From assembly GCA_036679605.1 (NCBI GenBank), contig JAZDCZ010000102.1:18152-82151 (forward strand): 64,000 nt of DNA, read 5' to 3'. Origin of the DNA: Gemmatimonadota bacterium (GTDB lineage Bacteria; Gemmatimonadota; Gemmatimonadetes; Gemmatimonadales; GWC2-71-9). Position 1 is the first letter of the stretch. Each line of letters begins with the position of its first letter. Below, in pieces: positions 1 to 11,600 of the stretch. The translations under genes were made by a program, and so were the position numbers. The notes under the pieces were generated by a model, which saw only the letters and a program-made list of their open reading frames with translations, did no database searches and had not been told where the DNA came from.

Positions 1-171
1 AACAATTCTGCCTGCCCGCACCGATACCATTTATCCCTCCGCGTGAGTGGTCATTGCAACTTCCGATCATGTTGGGGATGTGCCGCGGCCTGGCTTACTC
101 ACTCCGGCCATCGCCCGTATCTTGGTCTAAGATAGACCGAGCTACATAAGACCACTAGCCTGGATGGACTC

Positions 172-598
172 ATGAGAACTCACGACCGACGCAGATTCCT
201 CGAGCACATGTTTGGCGGGATGGCTGCGGCCACCCTCGTCCCGTCGTTCAAACGGAATTCAGATTCCCAACCCTGTGGCCTTCCACAACACCATTGGCCC
301 CAGTCGAATTGAGTCTCGCGTTCTTTCGATTGCCTCAGCACTAAAAGAGAAGCTGCAGGATCGCATCGAGGAGGTTCGGTTCCACACCCCGCTAGAACCG
401 GATTTGAGCGCTGGCGTAGTGGTTTTCGCAATACCGACCGTAAACGTGCGCGAGTTGTACGGTACCCTCTACTCCGAACACAGCATAGGGTGTGCAGCGA
501 TGGGCGGTGACTTCACCGGCATAAGGTTGAGTCCGCACATCTACAACACAATGCGAGAGGTCGATCGAGTGGTCGACGCGATCACAGTGCACCTGTGA
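172..598 (+). pseudogene. Tat-exported class V aminotransferase (cysteine desulfurase/isopenicillin N epimerase-like), internally deleted and out of frame
   Basis: ATG at 172 gives MRTHDRRRFLEHMFGGMAAATLVP (twin-arginine signal) and stops at 312. A different frame (212-598) encodes a class V C-terminal domain (GIRLSPHIYNTMREVDRVV). The PLP-binding core is absent. Confidence 0.7.
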
Positions 599-683
599 TC
601 GCCGAGGCTCCGAGGGCTAAAGACTGGCGGTCTTTCGTACTGACCGATATCATGCATATACCTGCTACAATGAGGTTCGAACC

Positions 684-1118
684 ATGCCCACCGTCAGCGC
701 TATTCTCGAGAGAAAAGGCCAAGAGGTAGTATCGCTCGTAGCTGAAGAATCGGTTTTGAACGCCGCCCGCCTGATGAACGAGAGAGAGATCGGAGGGGTG
801 GTAGTGACCGAAGGCGGAAAGATGGTCGGTATCTTCACGGAACGGGACGTGTTGCGGCGAGTAGTAGCTGAGCAACGAGATCCGGCGACTACATCCGTTG
901 GTGAAGTCATGACGTCGCCAGTTGTAACCTGCAAAGCCGACACAAAACTCAACGATTGCCGGGCAGTAATGACCAACAAACGCATTCGGCATTTGCCCGT
1001 ATTCGACGACTCGGGCGTGGCCGGCATACTGACGATCGGCGACCTCATGGCGTTTCAGGTAACGGACCAAGAGGCCACGATCGAACATCTCAACAGCTAC
1101 ATTTTCGACCTGCGCTGA
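684..1118 (+). CDS. CBS domain pair protein
   Basis: Two CBS motifs (VGIFTERD; IRHLPV...GILTIGDL), 144 aa. Confidence 0.92.
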   Translation: MPTVSAILERKGQEVVSLVAEESVLNAARLMNEREIGGVVVTEGGKMVGIFTERDVLRRVVAEQRDPATTSVGEVMTSPVVTCKADTKLNDCRAVMTNKRIRHLPVFDDSGVAGILTIGDLMAFQVTDQEATIEHLNSYIFDLR

Positions 1119-1149
1119 CGCATTTCCGAAGCCCCAGCGGTTGCAGGAC

Positions 1150-1650
1150 CTACTGACGCATGGCTAGTCGGCGGTCCACCATCAACATGGCAGACCCGTT
1201 ATCACCCACTAGATCGAGCTGCGCTATGATATCGCCAACCGACTTCTCCTCCTCAGCCTGCTCTGTTATGAACCACTGCAGAACGAGCTGAGAAGGGTAG
1301 TCTTTTTCCTGCATGGCGAGTTCATAAAGTTCGTTGATGGATGCCGTAATGCTCCGCTCGTGTCTCAATGTCTCAGCCATGGCAGCAGACGCGCTGCCGA
1401 AATCACTGGGCGGCTGGTCTAGCGCCTTGAGTTCGACTTTACCGCCATTGTCCGCCATGAAGTTAAATAGCTTCATGGCATGCTCCAGTTCTTCACGGTA
1501 CTGGGCCCTCATCCAGTGAGCAAATCCAGATAGATTCTGCGCCTCGAAATAAGCCGCCATCGACAAATAGAGGTAGGCTGACTCGAACTCTCTGGCTATC
1601 TGATCATTCAAGGCACTCTCAACGGCCTTAGTTGGCATTCTTGTCTCCAT
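1150..1650 (-). CDS. ftnA: Non-heme ferritin
   Basis: LNDQIAREFESAYLYLSMA, EELEHAMK and LQWFITEQAEEE ferroxidase motifs. Confidence 0.92.
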   Translation of the reverse strand: METRMPTKAVESALNDQIAREFESAYLYLSMAAYFEAQNLSGFAHWMRAQYREELEHAMKLFNFMADNGGKVELKALDQPPSDFGSASAAMAETLRHERSITASINELYELAMQEKDYPSQLVLQWFITEQAEEEKSVGDIIAQLDLVGDNGSAMLMVDRRLAMRQ

Positions 1651-1738
1651 TGAACGGGTTGAGCGATACCGCTAAGGATATATCGCGTTGCCTTCGTCTC
1701 CAGTCAATCCTTCAGTGAGAACAACGCCCCCTGGGTCG

Positions 1739-3148
1739 TCACCCAGAGACCTTCCCAAACAGGTTGTTCAAAGATTCGGCAAGGGTCGGATGGGCGAAGA
1801 CAGCTTCGCGCAACACCGTGTACGGCAGCTTCCCCATCATCGCGATTTGGATCATTGACATGACCTCTCCGCCTTCTATACCAAGAATTGCCGCGCCGAG
1901 TATTTGTTCAGAATCGAGATCCACGACCACCTTCATCAGTCCCCTGCTCTCGTCCATCTCCAAAGCCCTGGCGACGTGAGCCATGGGCATCTTTGCAACT
2001 CCGACGTTGAATCCCTGAGATCGAGCTTCTTCCTCTCTCAGACCAACTCGACCCAACTGAGGATCGATGAAAACTGTATATGGGACAAGTCGACCATTGG
2101 TGGTACGATCTGCGTCTTCCAGCAGATTATCTCTCAAGATTCGATAATCGTCGTAGGCGATGTGCGTGAAGGCCGGGCCGCCTTTCACGTCTCCCAAAGC
2201 ATAGATGCCGCGTACTACCGTCTCAAGTTTCTCATTGACCACGATAAAGCCACGGTCATCGGTAGTTATGCCAGCGGCGTCGAGGTTGAGCTGATCGCTA
2301 TTGGGAACGCGACCCGCAGCCACCAACAAATGAGATCCTTCTATTTCCTGCCCGCCCCCCGAAGTCCCCAGCGTGAGCGCAATCGCTCCGTCTCCGCCGC
2401 TCACTCGCTGCGGTTCAGACCCCACAAGAATGTTGACACCATCTTCAAGAAGAATCTCCCTGACGGCCCCGCAGATGTCGGGGTCTTCGCGGGGCAACAG
2501 ACGGTCGGAGAGTTCCACAATGGTCACGTCGCTGCCGAACCGACGAAACATCTGGCCGAATTCGAGTCCGATGTATCCGCCCCCCAGGACCAGCAGGTGG
2601 TCCGGAACCACGTCGAGTTCCATTATGGAGGTGGAATCAAGATACGGAACCGCATCAAGTCCCTCCAGGCTTGGAATCCTGGGTCTGGCGCCAGTGTTTA
2701 TGAAAACCCTTTCCGACCGCAGTTCCCTCGTACCACCTTCTAGCAGCTTCACCGTCACGCTGTTCGGGCCCGAGAAGCTCGCCTCACCCATGACAAGGTC
2801 CAGTGAGTCCCACTTCTCCAGCCCCTTGCGGCTCCCACTGCTGAAACTGTTGACGATATCCCTCTTGCGCTGCCTTACCACCGTCTGATCAACGACAGCT
2901 TGTCCAGCGGATACTCCGTAGTCAGCGGCTCGTCTCGCCAGATAAGCCACACGAGCGCTTGCCACCATCGTCTTGGTGGGTGTACAGCCCACATTAATGC
3001 AGCTTCCGCCGACATGCTCTCTCTCGATGATTGCCGTCCGCCAGCCCTCGCCCGCGATCTTGCCGGCCAGCGGCCCTCCGCCCTGACCCGTCCCTATGAC
3101 AATGGCATCATACGGCTCTGCATTCACGACTTGAGTCCTTCCACTCAA
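1739..3148 (-). CDS. Class I pyridine nucleotide-disulfide oxidoreductase (RclA/MerA-like, lacking the MerA C-terminal Cys pair)
   Basis: GTGQGG FAD loop, [13 protein letters not shown] redox Cxxxx[10 protein letters not shown]-terminal HPTLAE. Confidence 0.85.
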   Translation of the reverse strand: MSGRTQVVNAEPYDAIVIGTGQGGGPLAGKIAGEGWRTAIIEREHVGGSCINVGCTPTKTMVASARVAYLARRAADYGVSAGQAVVDQTVVRQRKRDIVNSFSSGSRKGLEKWDSLDLVMGEASFSGPNSVTVKLLEGGTRELRSERVFINTGARPRIPSLEGLDAVPYLDSTSIMELDVVPDHLLVLGGGYIGLEFGQMFRRFGSDVTIVELSDRLLPREDPDICGAVREILLEDGVNILVGSEPQRVSGGDGAIALTLGTSGGGQEIEGSHLLVAAGRVPNSDQLNLDAAGITTDDRGFIVVNEKLETVVRGIYALGDVKGGPAFTHIAYDDYRILRDNLLEDADRTTNGRLVPYTVFIDPQLGRVGLREEEARSQGFNVGVAKMPMAHVARALEMDESRGLMKVVVDLDSEQILGAAILGIEGGEVMSMIQIAMMGKLPYTVLREAVFAHPTLAESLNNLFGKVSG

Positions 3149-3302
3149 AACCCAGAAGCCCTACCAATCTTGGCGACGGCAATTGTACCGCTCTGCCTCC
3201 GGTTTCACAACTTGCGCCCGTGATCCGCCCTCGCACTTGTAAAAAGCGAGAAGAAATGTGAACTTTCGTCAGCAAACCAGCGGTCCTACAGGAGGAATCT
3301 CA

Positions 3303-4877
3303 GTGGCCAAGCTCCGTATTGGCATAGTTGACCTAGTGACAAAGAGCCCTACCCGAAGTCTGTATGCGCGCGTAATGCATGCGAACCTCGCAAGCATAAT
3401 GCCCCAAATAGTTGGAGTCTGGTGCGAACAAGAAGGCCATGACGTTACGTCGGTATGTTACACGGGCCTTGAGGACCTCATGCAAGAGCTTCCGCCCGAC
3501 GTCGACATGGTGTTCATTTGCGCGTTCTCGCAGGGTGCGCAACTTGCCTATGCTATAAGCAACTATTACCGGTCAAAAGGCGCCGTCACGGTGTTGGGCG
3601 GTCCACACGCCCGGTGCTACCCGGAAGACGCTCAGAACTACTTCGATTACGTTTTCGGCTTCACCGACCAAGACGCGGTTCGGGGAGTGCTCGACGATTG
3701 CTCACAACACCGGCCCGTTGGCGTGCGGATCGACGCGCCCCGACATCCGGCGCAATTGCCGGGAGTCCGCGAACGTTGGAAGTTCATCGAACAAACACTC
3801 AAGAAGGCTCCGTTCTTCAAGATCGTCCCGATGATCGGCAGCCTCGGCTGCCCTTACACGTGCAGCTTCTGTATCGACTCGGTCGTTCCCTATCAACCGC
3901 TGGATTTCGATACGATCAAAGAGGATCTCAGATTCCTCCGGAAAACTCTTAGAAGACCGCATGTCGGCTGGCACGACCCCAACTTCGGGGTCCGGTTCGA
4001 CGATTATATGGATGCAATCGAGGAATCGGCACCACCCGGCAGTATCGATTTCTTGGCAGAGAGCAGCCTGTCCCTCCTATCGGAAGCCCACCTCAAGAGA
4101 CTCAAGAAGAACGGGTTCAAGGTGCTCCTCCCAGGCGTCGAGTCATGGTACGACCTCGGCAACAAGTCCAAGACTGGCAAGAGTAGCGGGATTGACAAGG
4201 TTAGGCAGGTGTCCGAACACGTAAATCTCATGCTCGAGTACATCCCGTACGTCCAAACCAATTTCGTACTTGGTCTCGACGTCGATAAAGGAGACGAGCC
4301 TTTCGAGCTAACAAAGCAGTTCGTCGATATGACCCCTGGAGCGTTTCCCGGCTACTCGTTGCTATCCGCTTTCGGTCGAGCCGCACCGCTAAATCTGGAC
4401 TACCAGCGCAAAGGGCGCGTACTGGGCTTCCCGTTTCACTTTCTCAATAACAACCACGCGATGAACGTCAAGCCACTGAACTACTCATGGCCTGAGTTTT
4501 ACGACCGCGTCATTGATCTGACCAAACACACCTTCTCCTGGCGCTCGATCTTTCGACGATACCGAGCAATAGATGCGACCATACCAAGATGGATGAACGT
4601 GGTCCGGGCAGTATCGTCGGAGGGATTCGGAAGGATCGCCTACTATTCAGAGATCCGTAGACGACTCGATAGCGACCTGCCGCTAAGGCGCTATTTTGAG
4701 GGCGAGACATCTGAACTGCCCCAGTTCTTCATCGATCGGGTCAGGAAGGATCTCGGCCCGCTTTGGGATTGGTTGCCGACCGGAGCACTGTACCACGACC
4801 CGAACGCCTATCTCAAGTCGGAGGGGACAGACGAACTGGTGCAAGTGGCAGTCGCGGGAGCCGGACCAACCCGCTGA
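3303..4877 (+). CDS. B12-binding domain radical SAM protein
   Basis: VLGGPHA cobalamin-domain motif and GCPYTCSFC (CxxxCxxC); GGAGG precedes the GTG at 3303. Confidence 0.85.
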   Translation: MAKLRIGIVDLVTKSPTRSLYARVMHANLASIMPQIVGVWCEQEGHDVTSVCYTGLEDLMQELPPDVDMVFICAFSQGAQLAYAISNYYRSKGAVTVLGGPHARCYPEDAQNYFDYVFGFTDQDAVRGVLDDCSQHRPVGVRIDAPRHPAQLPGVRERWKFIEQTLKKAPFFKIVPMIGSLGCPYTCSFCIDSVVPYQPLDFDTIKEDLRFLRKTLRRPHVGWHDPNFGVRFDDYMDAIEESAPPGSIDFLAESSLSLLSEAHLKRLKKNGFKVLLPGVESWYDLGNKSKTGKSSGIDKVRQVSEHVNLMLEYIPYVQTNFVLGLDVDKGDEPFELTKQFVDMTPGAFPGYSLLSAFGRAAPLNLDYQRKGRVLGFPFHFLNNNHAMNVKPLNYSWPEFYDRVIDLTKHTFSWRSIFRRYRAIDATIPRWMNVVRAVSSEGFGRIAYYSEIRRRLDSDLPLRRYFEGETSELPQFFIDRVRKDLGPLWDWLPTGALYHDPNAYLKSEGTDELVQVAVAGAGPTR

Positions 4878-4900
4878 CGAGATGCGGTCGTTCGATGATC

Positions 4901-4941
4901 AAGAACGCCCCCATGGAAATCTGCTTCCTGGGGGCGTTCTT
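4901..4941. terminator. Probable bidirectional intrinsic terminator
   Basis: 13-bp stem AAGAACGCCCCCA / TGGGGGCGTTCTT between convergent genes. Confidence 0.75.
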
Positions 4942-4969
4942 CTGCTGACATCATGAGCTGCTAACCAGC

Positions 4970-5602
4970 CTATTTGGGCTGAGCAACCACCCTGAGATAG
5001 GGCTTGAGTTCCTTCCATCCACCAGGAAACTTTTCCTTAGCCGCATCATTTGACACCGCAGGAACGATGATTACATCGTCCCCGTCATTCCAGTTTACGG
5101 GTGTAGCCACCTGGTGCTTCGCCGTTAGCTGCAGTGAATCTACTATCCGCAGGATCTCCTGGAAATTGCGTCCTGTACTGGCCGGATAGGTAATAGTCAA
5201 CTTGACTCTCTTGTCGGGGCCGATCACGAACACCGATCTCACCGTGGACGTATCGTCGGCGTTGGGGTGTATCATGTCATAAAGGTTTGCGACCTCCCGC
5301 CCCGCATCGCCGATCAAAGGAAAATTAAGAGCGTGTCCTTGCGTTTCTTCGATATCTAATGCCCATTTCTTATGATCTTCTACTGAGTCCACGCTCACGC
5401 CCATCACCTTCACTCGCCGTTTCTCAAATTCAGATTTCAGTCGAGCTACCTCACCGAGTTCTGTGGTGCAGACAGGCGTAAAATCCTTGGGATGAGAAAA
5501 AAGTATGGCCCACCCATCTTCCATCCACTCATGGAACTTGATCTGCCCCTCCGTAGTATCTGCCGTAAAATCTGGAGCGGTGTCACCCAAACGAATCGCC
5601 AT
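4970..5602 (-). CDS. 1-Cys peroxiredoxin (Prx6 family)
   Basis: FSHPKDFTPVCTTE, YPASTGRNF and VATPVNW motifs. Confidence 0.95.
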   Translation of the reverse strand: MAIRLGDTAPDFTADTTEGQIKFHEWMEDGWAILFSHPKDFTPVCTTELGEVARLKSEFEKRRVKVMGVSVDSVEDHKKWALDIEETQGHALNFPLIGDAGREVANLYDMIHPNADDTSTVRSVFVIGPDKRVKLTITYPASTGRNFQEILRIVDSLQLTAKHQVATPVNWNDGDDVIIVPAVSNDAAKEKFPGGWKELKPYLRVVAQPK

Positions 5603-5657
5603 CGTACAACCTCCTCAATGCAACCGGTGGTAAGTTCTCCATTATGAACGTCGGGCG

Positions 5658-5686
5658 GATATATTCTCCCAACCCGATTCTGTCAA
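5658..5686 (-). promoter_or_regulatory. Sigma70-like promoter for the peroxiredoxin
   Basis: Minus strand TTGACA-17 bp-TATATC. Confidence 0.55.
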
Positions 5687-5687
5687 G

Positions 5688-8504
5688 TTAGTTCCCGCCC
5701 CTTGCACCTCCCGCGACTGTGGTTGCATCGTCCTCGGTTCGCGCGGGCCAGCCCGAACGTAGATCGTTCCAGTTGAGGATCGTGTTAAACACCAGAGCGT
5801 GACTTCCGAACGTCTCCTGCCGCCAGAACGGGCGGATAGCAAACAACACAACGTGTCCATCACCAACTGGAACATCTACCACTGCCGGCGTGCCAGCAAC
5901 ATCTTTTTCGCCCTGCAACATTCCGCTCATCAGCACGTCTTTCTTGGCAAACCTCAGAATCACCCTCGGCACCTCTTTCTCCCACCTATCGTCCTTCAGC
6001 CACTCCGGAGTAGTAGTGCCACCGACGTTCTTATTGACCTGGAAGACAGGTCTCTGGTTGAACGATGTCGCCAGTGCAGCTCCATAACCGTATGCTATTG
6101 GACTCGCGGGATCGTCCACTGTCGCCTTCAATACGGTACCACGGGCCAGTAGCTGTCTCGTGCTCTTGATACTCACGCGCCGAGTGATTGCCATCTGGAT
6201 GGGTAATGCCGCCGACCCGCCCTCAGCTATCAGCACGCCGCCACGCCGGACGAATTCAGCAAGATGTTTGACACCGTCATAGCCCATTCCCCTCCGAACA
6301 TCGTTGGTCTGATCGATTTTTCCGATAGCACTGTATTCCGCCGATTGCTGCCAAGGTATCGGGACTCCGGCATCGGTCGTACCTCCCACCAATTGCTGCG
6401 GCGTTGACCTACTGTGTGGCAATATCACCACGTCGAAGTCAGAAAGATTGTCACCCGCCAAATCCTGTTCCGACAAGTACGCGAACGGGATCTCCAGACG
6501 ATCGAAGGCAAGCCTCCACCATCCCGCTGACTGCGGTGTCGAGACCCACGTATGCACCAGCGCTACGCGAGGCACGTCCAGTTCGTGCATCGCCACGTTA
6601 GGACGCTGTTTCACTCCCTGCGCCACGAGTCCCAGATCGGCCATAGCAGTTTCCAACTGCTGAGGGAGGTCATCAGGGTTACCAGCTGCCGGTATCACCA
6701 GGCTGCCGGCATTGTAGTCGTGACCGTCAACCTTGAAACTCTCCTCCGCTGCAAACATCTCGACGCTACTCAGCTTGAAACGAAAGACTGTGACGTTGTC
6801 GTCGGTGGTGTTGTTCACAAGGTAGAAGGCACGCCCACTATGCTCGACCTTGCCCGCAACTTGCACCGGCTCGGCAAGCTGGTGCATCCTTGCCGATAAG
6901 ATCTTGCTGTCATCGACCTGCACCGCCTCAACATTATGGAGAAACGGTAGCGTCCAACCAGTGTCGTCGTACGGTGGAGTCGCATCTTTAGGAAAGTTCT
7001 GCTTGGCTAACAGGATTTGAACAAGGTTGCGATACGGCTGGTCCATTCTGACTACGAACGATCCCTTGGATACGATCCCCGATGCGCTCTCTTTTGAATC
7101 ATCACCCCATTCGATCTTCTCGTCTGCCACATGGACCTCGATCCCCTGCTGCAGCAGCAAATTCACTAGGTTGGTAGCTGCAAGATTCCTCTCCTGACCA
7201 TCTGGAATCACCCACGCATAAGGCGCTTCGGAGCTGCCGCGCTCAACTGCTCTCTGCCCACGAAGATAGAAGTTCTCGATGAAATCTGTCGCGTTATCGG
7301 CAACGTATTTTAGACCCACCAATACACCAGTTTGCATGTAGTTCGTGTTGTTGCGAAGGGACCACCGCGCCTTCGCCAACGGGGGGTTCGGGCGATACCA
7401 TTCGCGGGACGTCGACCGGCTGTTGAATTCCCGCTCCTGGGTATCCGCACCTCTATTGCCCAGAGTCTCGTAGAATCTTCCAAGGCTGTTCCGCGTGTTC
7501 GCAATCCACATGAGGTAATTGGCAGCCCATCCAGTGTAGAAGGCGTGGGTCCAGACACCTGGCATCCCGAACTTGGTTAGCTGCGTAACCTCTTCGTGTG
7601 CCAGATTATGCCACTCGTCGATCGCTAGAGCGTCCACATGCTCGTTGTATGGTCCTGAGCCTGTCGAGATGTAGAGGAAATTGCCGGATTCGTGGAGATC
7701 GTGCATCACGGTAGGCTTCCAGTGTAGATAGGACTGGAGAATGTTTCTGGTTAGGGCCAGCCCCAAGCCATATCCATCACGGTTGTTATCGTGTGCAACA
7801 TATTTGCCCCAGTATGGCAGACCGGGTCCTACATCTCGATGCGCCTTGCCGTAGTTGTAACTGTCAACCATTCGATCTCTACCGTCCGGTTCGGCAACCG
7901 GCACGATGATCGTAATGACATTGTCCCTGATAGTTCGGACAAACGGCGACTCCTCGACCGCTAACCGGTAAGCGAGTTCCATCAACATCTCCGGGGGGCC
8001 CGTCTCGGGCGAGTGCAATCCGCCCGTAAAATAGTAGATGGGTTTCGCTTCGGCGATCGCAGACCTTGCGTCGGTATCGGACAATCTCCGCGGGTCGGCA
8101 AGAAGATTGAGATACCCACGGTATCTATCCAAATCCGAAACCGTTGCTCGGTCGGCCACGATCACTTCGATCATGTCTCGGTTCTCTTCGGTCTTGCCGA
8201 TAGTACGTACCGTCACACGCGCGGACGCACTCGCCAGCGCTCGCATGTAACCGTAGATCTCCGACGTATTGTGAAGGATATCGGGCGCACCGATAATGGT
8301 TCCGAAATGATCGAGTGGAGAAGGAATTGCTTCTGACTGCGGCAGGTGATCAACCAACTCGCTCACGAACCGCGAGTCGGTCGTATATTTGGCGATTCTC
8401 GCCCCATAGGCACTGTCATTCTGTTGCGCCAAGGCACGTGCGGGAGTCAGAGTAGCGGGAAGGGCAATCACTGTGAGGAGGGAAAACAACGCTCGACAAC
8501 CCAT
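5688..8504 (-). CDS. Secreted M14-family zinc carboxypeptidase
   Basis: Signal peptide; GLHSPE (HxxE), HDNNRD and HDLHE motifs. Confidence 0.85.
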   Translation of the reverse strand: MGCRALFSLLTVIALPATLTPARALAQQNDSAYGARIAKYTTDSRFVSELVDHLPQSEAIPSPLDHFGTIIGAPDILHNTSEIYGYMRALASASARVTVRTIGKTEENRDMIEVIVADRATVSDLDRYRGYLNLLADPRRLSDTDARSAIAEAKPIYYFTGGLHSPETGPPEMLMELAYRLAVEESPFVRTIRDNVITIIVPVAEPDGRDRMVDSYNYGKAHRDVGPGLPYWGKYVAHDNNRDGYGLGLALTRNILQSYLHWKPTVMHDLHESGNFLYISTGSGPYNEHVDALAIDEWHNLAHEEVTQLTKFGMPGVWTHAFYTGWAANYLMWIANTRNSLGRFYETLGNRGADTQEREFNSRSTSREWYRPNPPLAKARWSLRNNTNYMQTGVLVGLKYVADNATDFIENFYLRGQRAVERGSSEAPYAWVIPDGQERNLAATNLVNLLLQQGIEVHVADEKIEWGDDSKESASGIVSKGSFVVRMDQPYRNLVQILLAKQNFPKDATPPYDDTGWTLPFLHNVEAVQVDDSKILSARMHQLAEPVQVAGKVEHSGRAFYLVNNTTDDNVTVFRFKLSSVEMFAAEESFKVDGHDYNAGSLVIPAAGNPDDLPQQLETAMADLGLVAQGVKQRPNVAMHELDVPRVALVHTWVSTPQSAGWWRLAFDRLEIPFAYLSEQDLAGDNLSDFDVVILPHSRSTPQQLVGGTTDAGVPIPWQQSAEYSAIGKIDQTNDVRRGMGYDGVKHLAEFVRRGGVLIAEGGSAALPIQMAITRRVSIKSTRQLLARGTVLKATVDDPASPIAYGYGAALATSFNQRPVFQVNKNVGGTTTPEWLKDDRWEKEVPRVILRFAKKDVLMSGMLQGEKDVAGTPAVVDVPVGDGHVVLFAIRPFWRQETFGSHALVFNTILNWNDLRSGWPARTEDDATTVAGGARGGN

Positions 8505-8637
8505 CAGATCCTCCGTTGAATAGTGTCTTAGATAGGCCGTAATCTACCCGGAGACGCCTCCTGCGATAGAGAGCGGTGCTACCGCCCGAGTAAGAAACAG
8601 GATACCTTGGGCCGCAAACTCAAAGAGGATATATGGA

Positions 8638-11600
8638 ATGATGCACCAGGCTCGCAGCGCGGTCCACTTGGCCACCAGTGTAACGCTGATGCTACTGGCA
8701 ACCCCAGCCACCACGCTAGGCCAGAGTATGGAGCGGGTAACAACTGGTCTCGAATTCCGTAATATCGGACCTGCCGCCATGAGCGGACGGATCGTTGATA
8801 TTGAAGTCCTCGAATCCAATCCACACCACATCTTCATCGCGGCAGCCACCGGCGGCGTGTGGGAAACTACGAATAACGGAGTAACCTGGTCCCCCATTTT
8901 CAAGGATGAGGGTACTCACTCCGTCGGCGACATCGCCGTACATCAGGCTGATACCAACATCATCTGGGTCGGTACTGGTGAGAGGGCCAACAGACAAAGC
9001 TCGTCCTGGGGTGATGGAGTCTACAAGTCCACTGATGGCGGAAGGTCGTGGACCAATATGGGCCTCCACGACAGCCACCACATCGGCCGGATCGTCCTCC
9101 ACCCCACTGACCCGAACACCATATACGTAGCGGCTCTCGGACACCTGTGGGGACCAAACGAGGAGCGCGGTCTCTACATGAGTGAGGACGGTGGGAACAC
9201 GTGGACCAGACCACTTTTCGTCGATCAGAATACTGGCGTTGTTGACGTAGCCATGGATCCGTCTGACCCGGCCGTCATGTACGCTGCTACCTATCAGCGT
9301 CGTCGGCGTCCTTACGGATTCGACGGCGGAGGACCCGGAAGCGGACTCCATAAGTCAACGGACGGTGGCCGGACATGGAGGAAACTCACGGCAGGTCTGC
9401 CCGAAGGTGAAACGGGCAGGATTGGAATCTCGATCTATCGCTCGGATCCACGGATAGTCTACGTATCGGTGGAGCAAGGTTTTCACTACAACGCCTCGAC
9501 AGCGTACAACGAGCGCCGCGCCGGCATATATCGCTCCGACAACAAGGGTGAGACATGGCAATACATGAGCGACTGGAACCCGCGACCGATGTACGCGTCT
9601 CAGCCCGCCGTAGATCCGAACAACGATCAACGCATCTACATGATGAACTCGTTCAGCTACTCCGACGACGGGGGCAAGACATTTGAACGTGCTCGGCAAT
9701 CGCTGCACAGCGACGATCGATTTCTCTGGGTGAATCCCGCAGACTCTCGAAACCTGATCAAGGCCGATGATGGGGGACTCGGAATCTCGTACGACAAGGG
9801 CGTTACGTGGCTCTACATGACCAACTTACCGGTGAGCCAGTATTATCGGGTTGCGGTAGACATGCGAAAGCCGTACTGGGTTTATGGAGGACTGCAGGAC
9901 AATGGAAGTTGGATGGGCCCAAGTGCGACATACCGCAGCGAGGGGATTCTGTTCGAGGACTGGATCAAGACGGGAGGTGGAGATGGGTTTGTGAATCTGA
10001 TTGACACCACGGACAACCTCACACTATACACGGAATCTCAATACCTAGGACTGTCCAGAGTGCATCTTGCCAGCGGATCCCGTACGTGGATTCGCCCAGA
10101 CAATGCCCGGGGGGCGATCTCACCCCGCAGAAATTGGGACGCGTGGGGACCCGGCGTCCCGGAGCCGGAACTCGCCAACGCCATGGCACCGGCGAACTGG
10201 GACGGCCCATTTATCATCTCACCGCACGATCACGAGACTATCTATGCGGGCACCAACCAGCTGTGGAAGAGCACGGACCGGGGCGACACATGGGGCTCGC
10301 TGGGAGATCTCACAACCGGTGTCAATCGTCGAGAACTCGAGGTCATGGGGCGAAGAGCACACGACTCGACGTTGTCGTTGGACGATGGCATTCCCTATTA
10401 CCCAACCCTAACCGCAGTCGCGGAATCGCCTTTGCAACAAGGATTGCTGTTCGTCGGCACAGACGATGGCAACCTCCAGATCTCATCAAACGGCGGGCGA
10501 GATTGGACGAATGTCGTAGGTCGCCTCCCTGCCCTCCCCCCGTCGCCGCGGATCTCCGGCATTGAACCGTCACGCCACAACGTGGGGACTGTGTACGTAA
10601 CCGTTAGCAACTACCGCAACGATGATTTTGGGAACTACGTGTACAAGTCGACCGATTCCGGCAAGAGCTGGCGATCGATCGTTGGAGATCTACCTGCCAA
10701 CAGGGTAGCCAGAACGATTCGTGAGGATCTCAGGCAGCCCGGCGTTCTCTATCTCGGCACAGAGCTGGGTCTGTTCTACACCGCAGACGACGGAGAGCAC
10801 TGGAGCGGGCTCGGGGGCAATTTGCCGACAGTGGCGGTAAACGACTTGGTGATCCATCCACGGGATAACGACTTGATCCTAGGCACCCATGGACGCGGAA
10901 TCTGGATTTTGGACAACATCAACTCTCTTCAGGAGTTGACTCAACAGGTGCTCGCGTCCGAAGCCCATCTGTTTACGATCGAATCGGTTGAGATGATCCG
11001 GTATTCAAGAGAGGGGGGTCACAGGGGAGACATGATTTTCCGCGGGGCCAACCCAGCTCGCGGTGCAATAATTGACTATTACCTCGAGAGCAGCCTCGAT
11101 TCTGCGGACGCCATCACATTGGCAGTCTATGATTCGGACGGCCGTAAAATTACTCAGCTGAACCCGCATCGAGACACCGGAATAAACCGTGTCATCTGGG
11201 ACCTACACCACTCTAGACTCGGACCTTCTGATGTAGGGTCCGGGCCACCAGGACCAGCCGGACCGTGGGTACTGCCCGGATCGTATACCGTGATACTCAC
11301 TCTAGGCGAGCAGCGACTCGAGCAAACCCTGGACATACATGAGGATCCCCGCATTGACGTGACGGACGCGGTTCGCCGAGAATGGCACACAACTGTTCAA
11401 GAGCTGGCCGAAACGATCGAAGGCAATATGGCTACCGTCGACGCCGTATCCAGATCCAAGGCGCTACTAGACAGCCTGACGGATGCGTCATCGCAGGATC
11501 GTGCTCGGTCTGCCGAGATTGAGGAGATCCTACCTTTGATCACAGAGCTGCGCAGTCGCCTACAGCGCCTGTACGGACAGATCGGAAACTGGCCCGCTCC

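Noticed and set aside
1739..3148. Mercuric reductase merA
   Set aside because: No C-terminal Cys-Cys, no metal-binding N-terminal domain and no mer genes nearby
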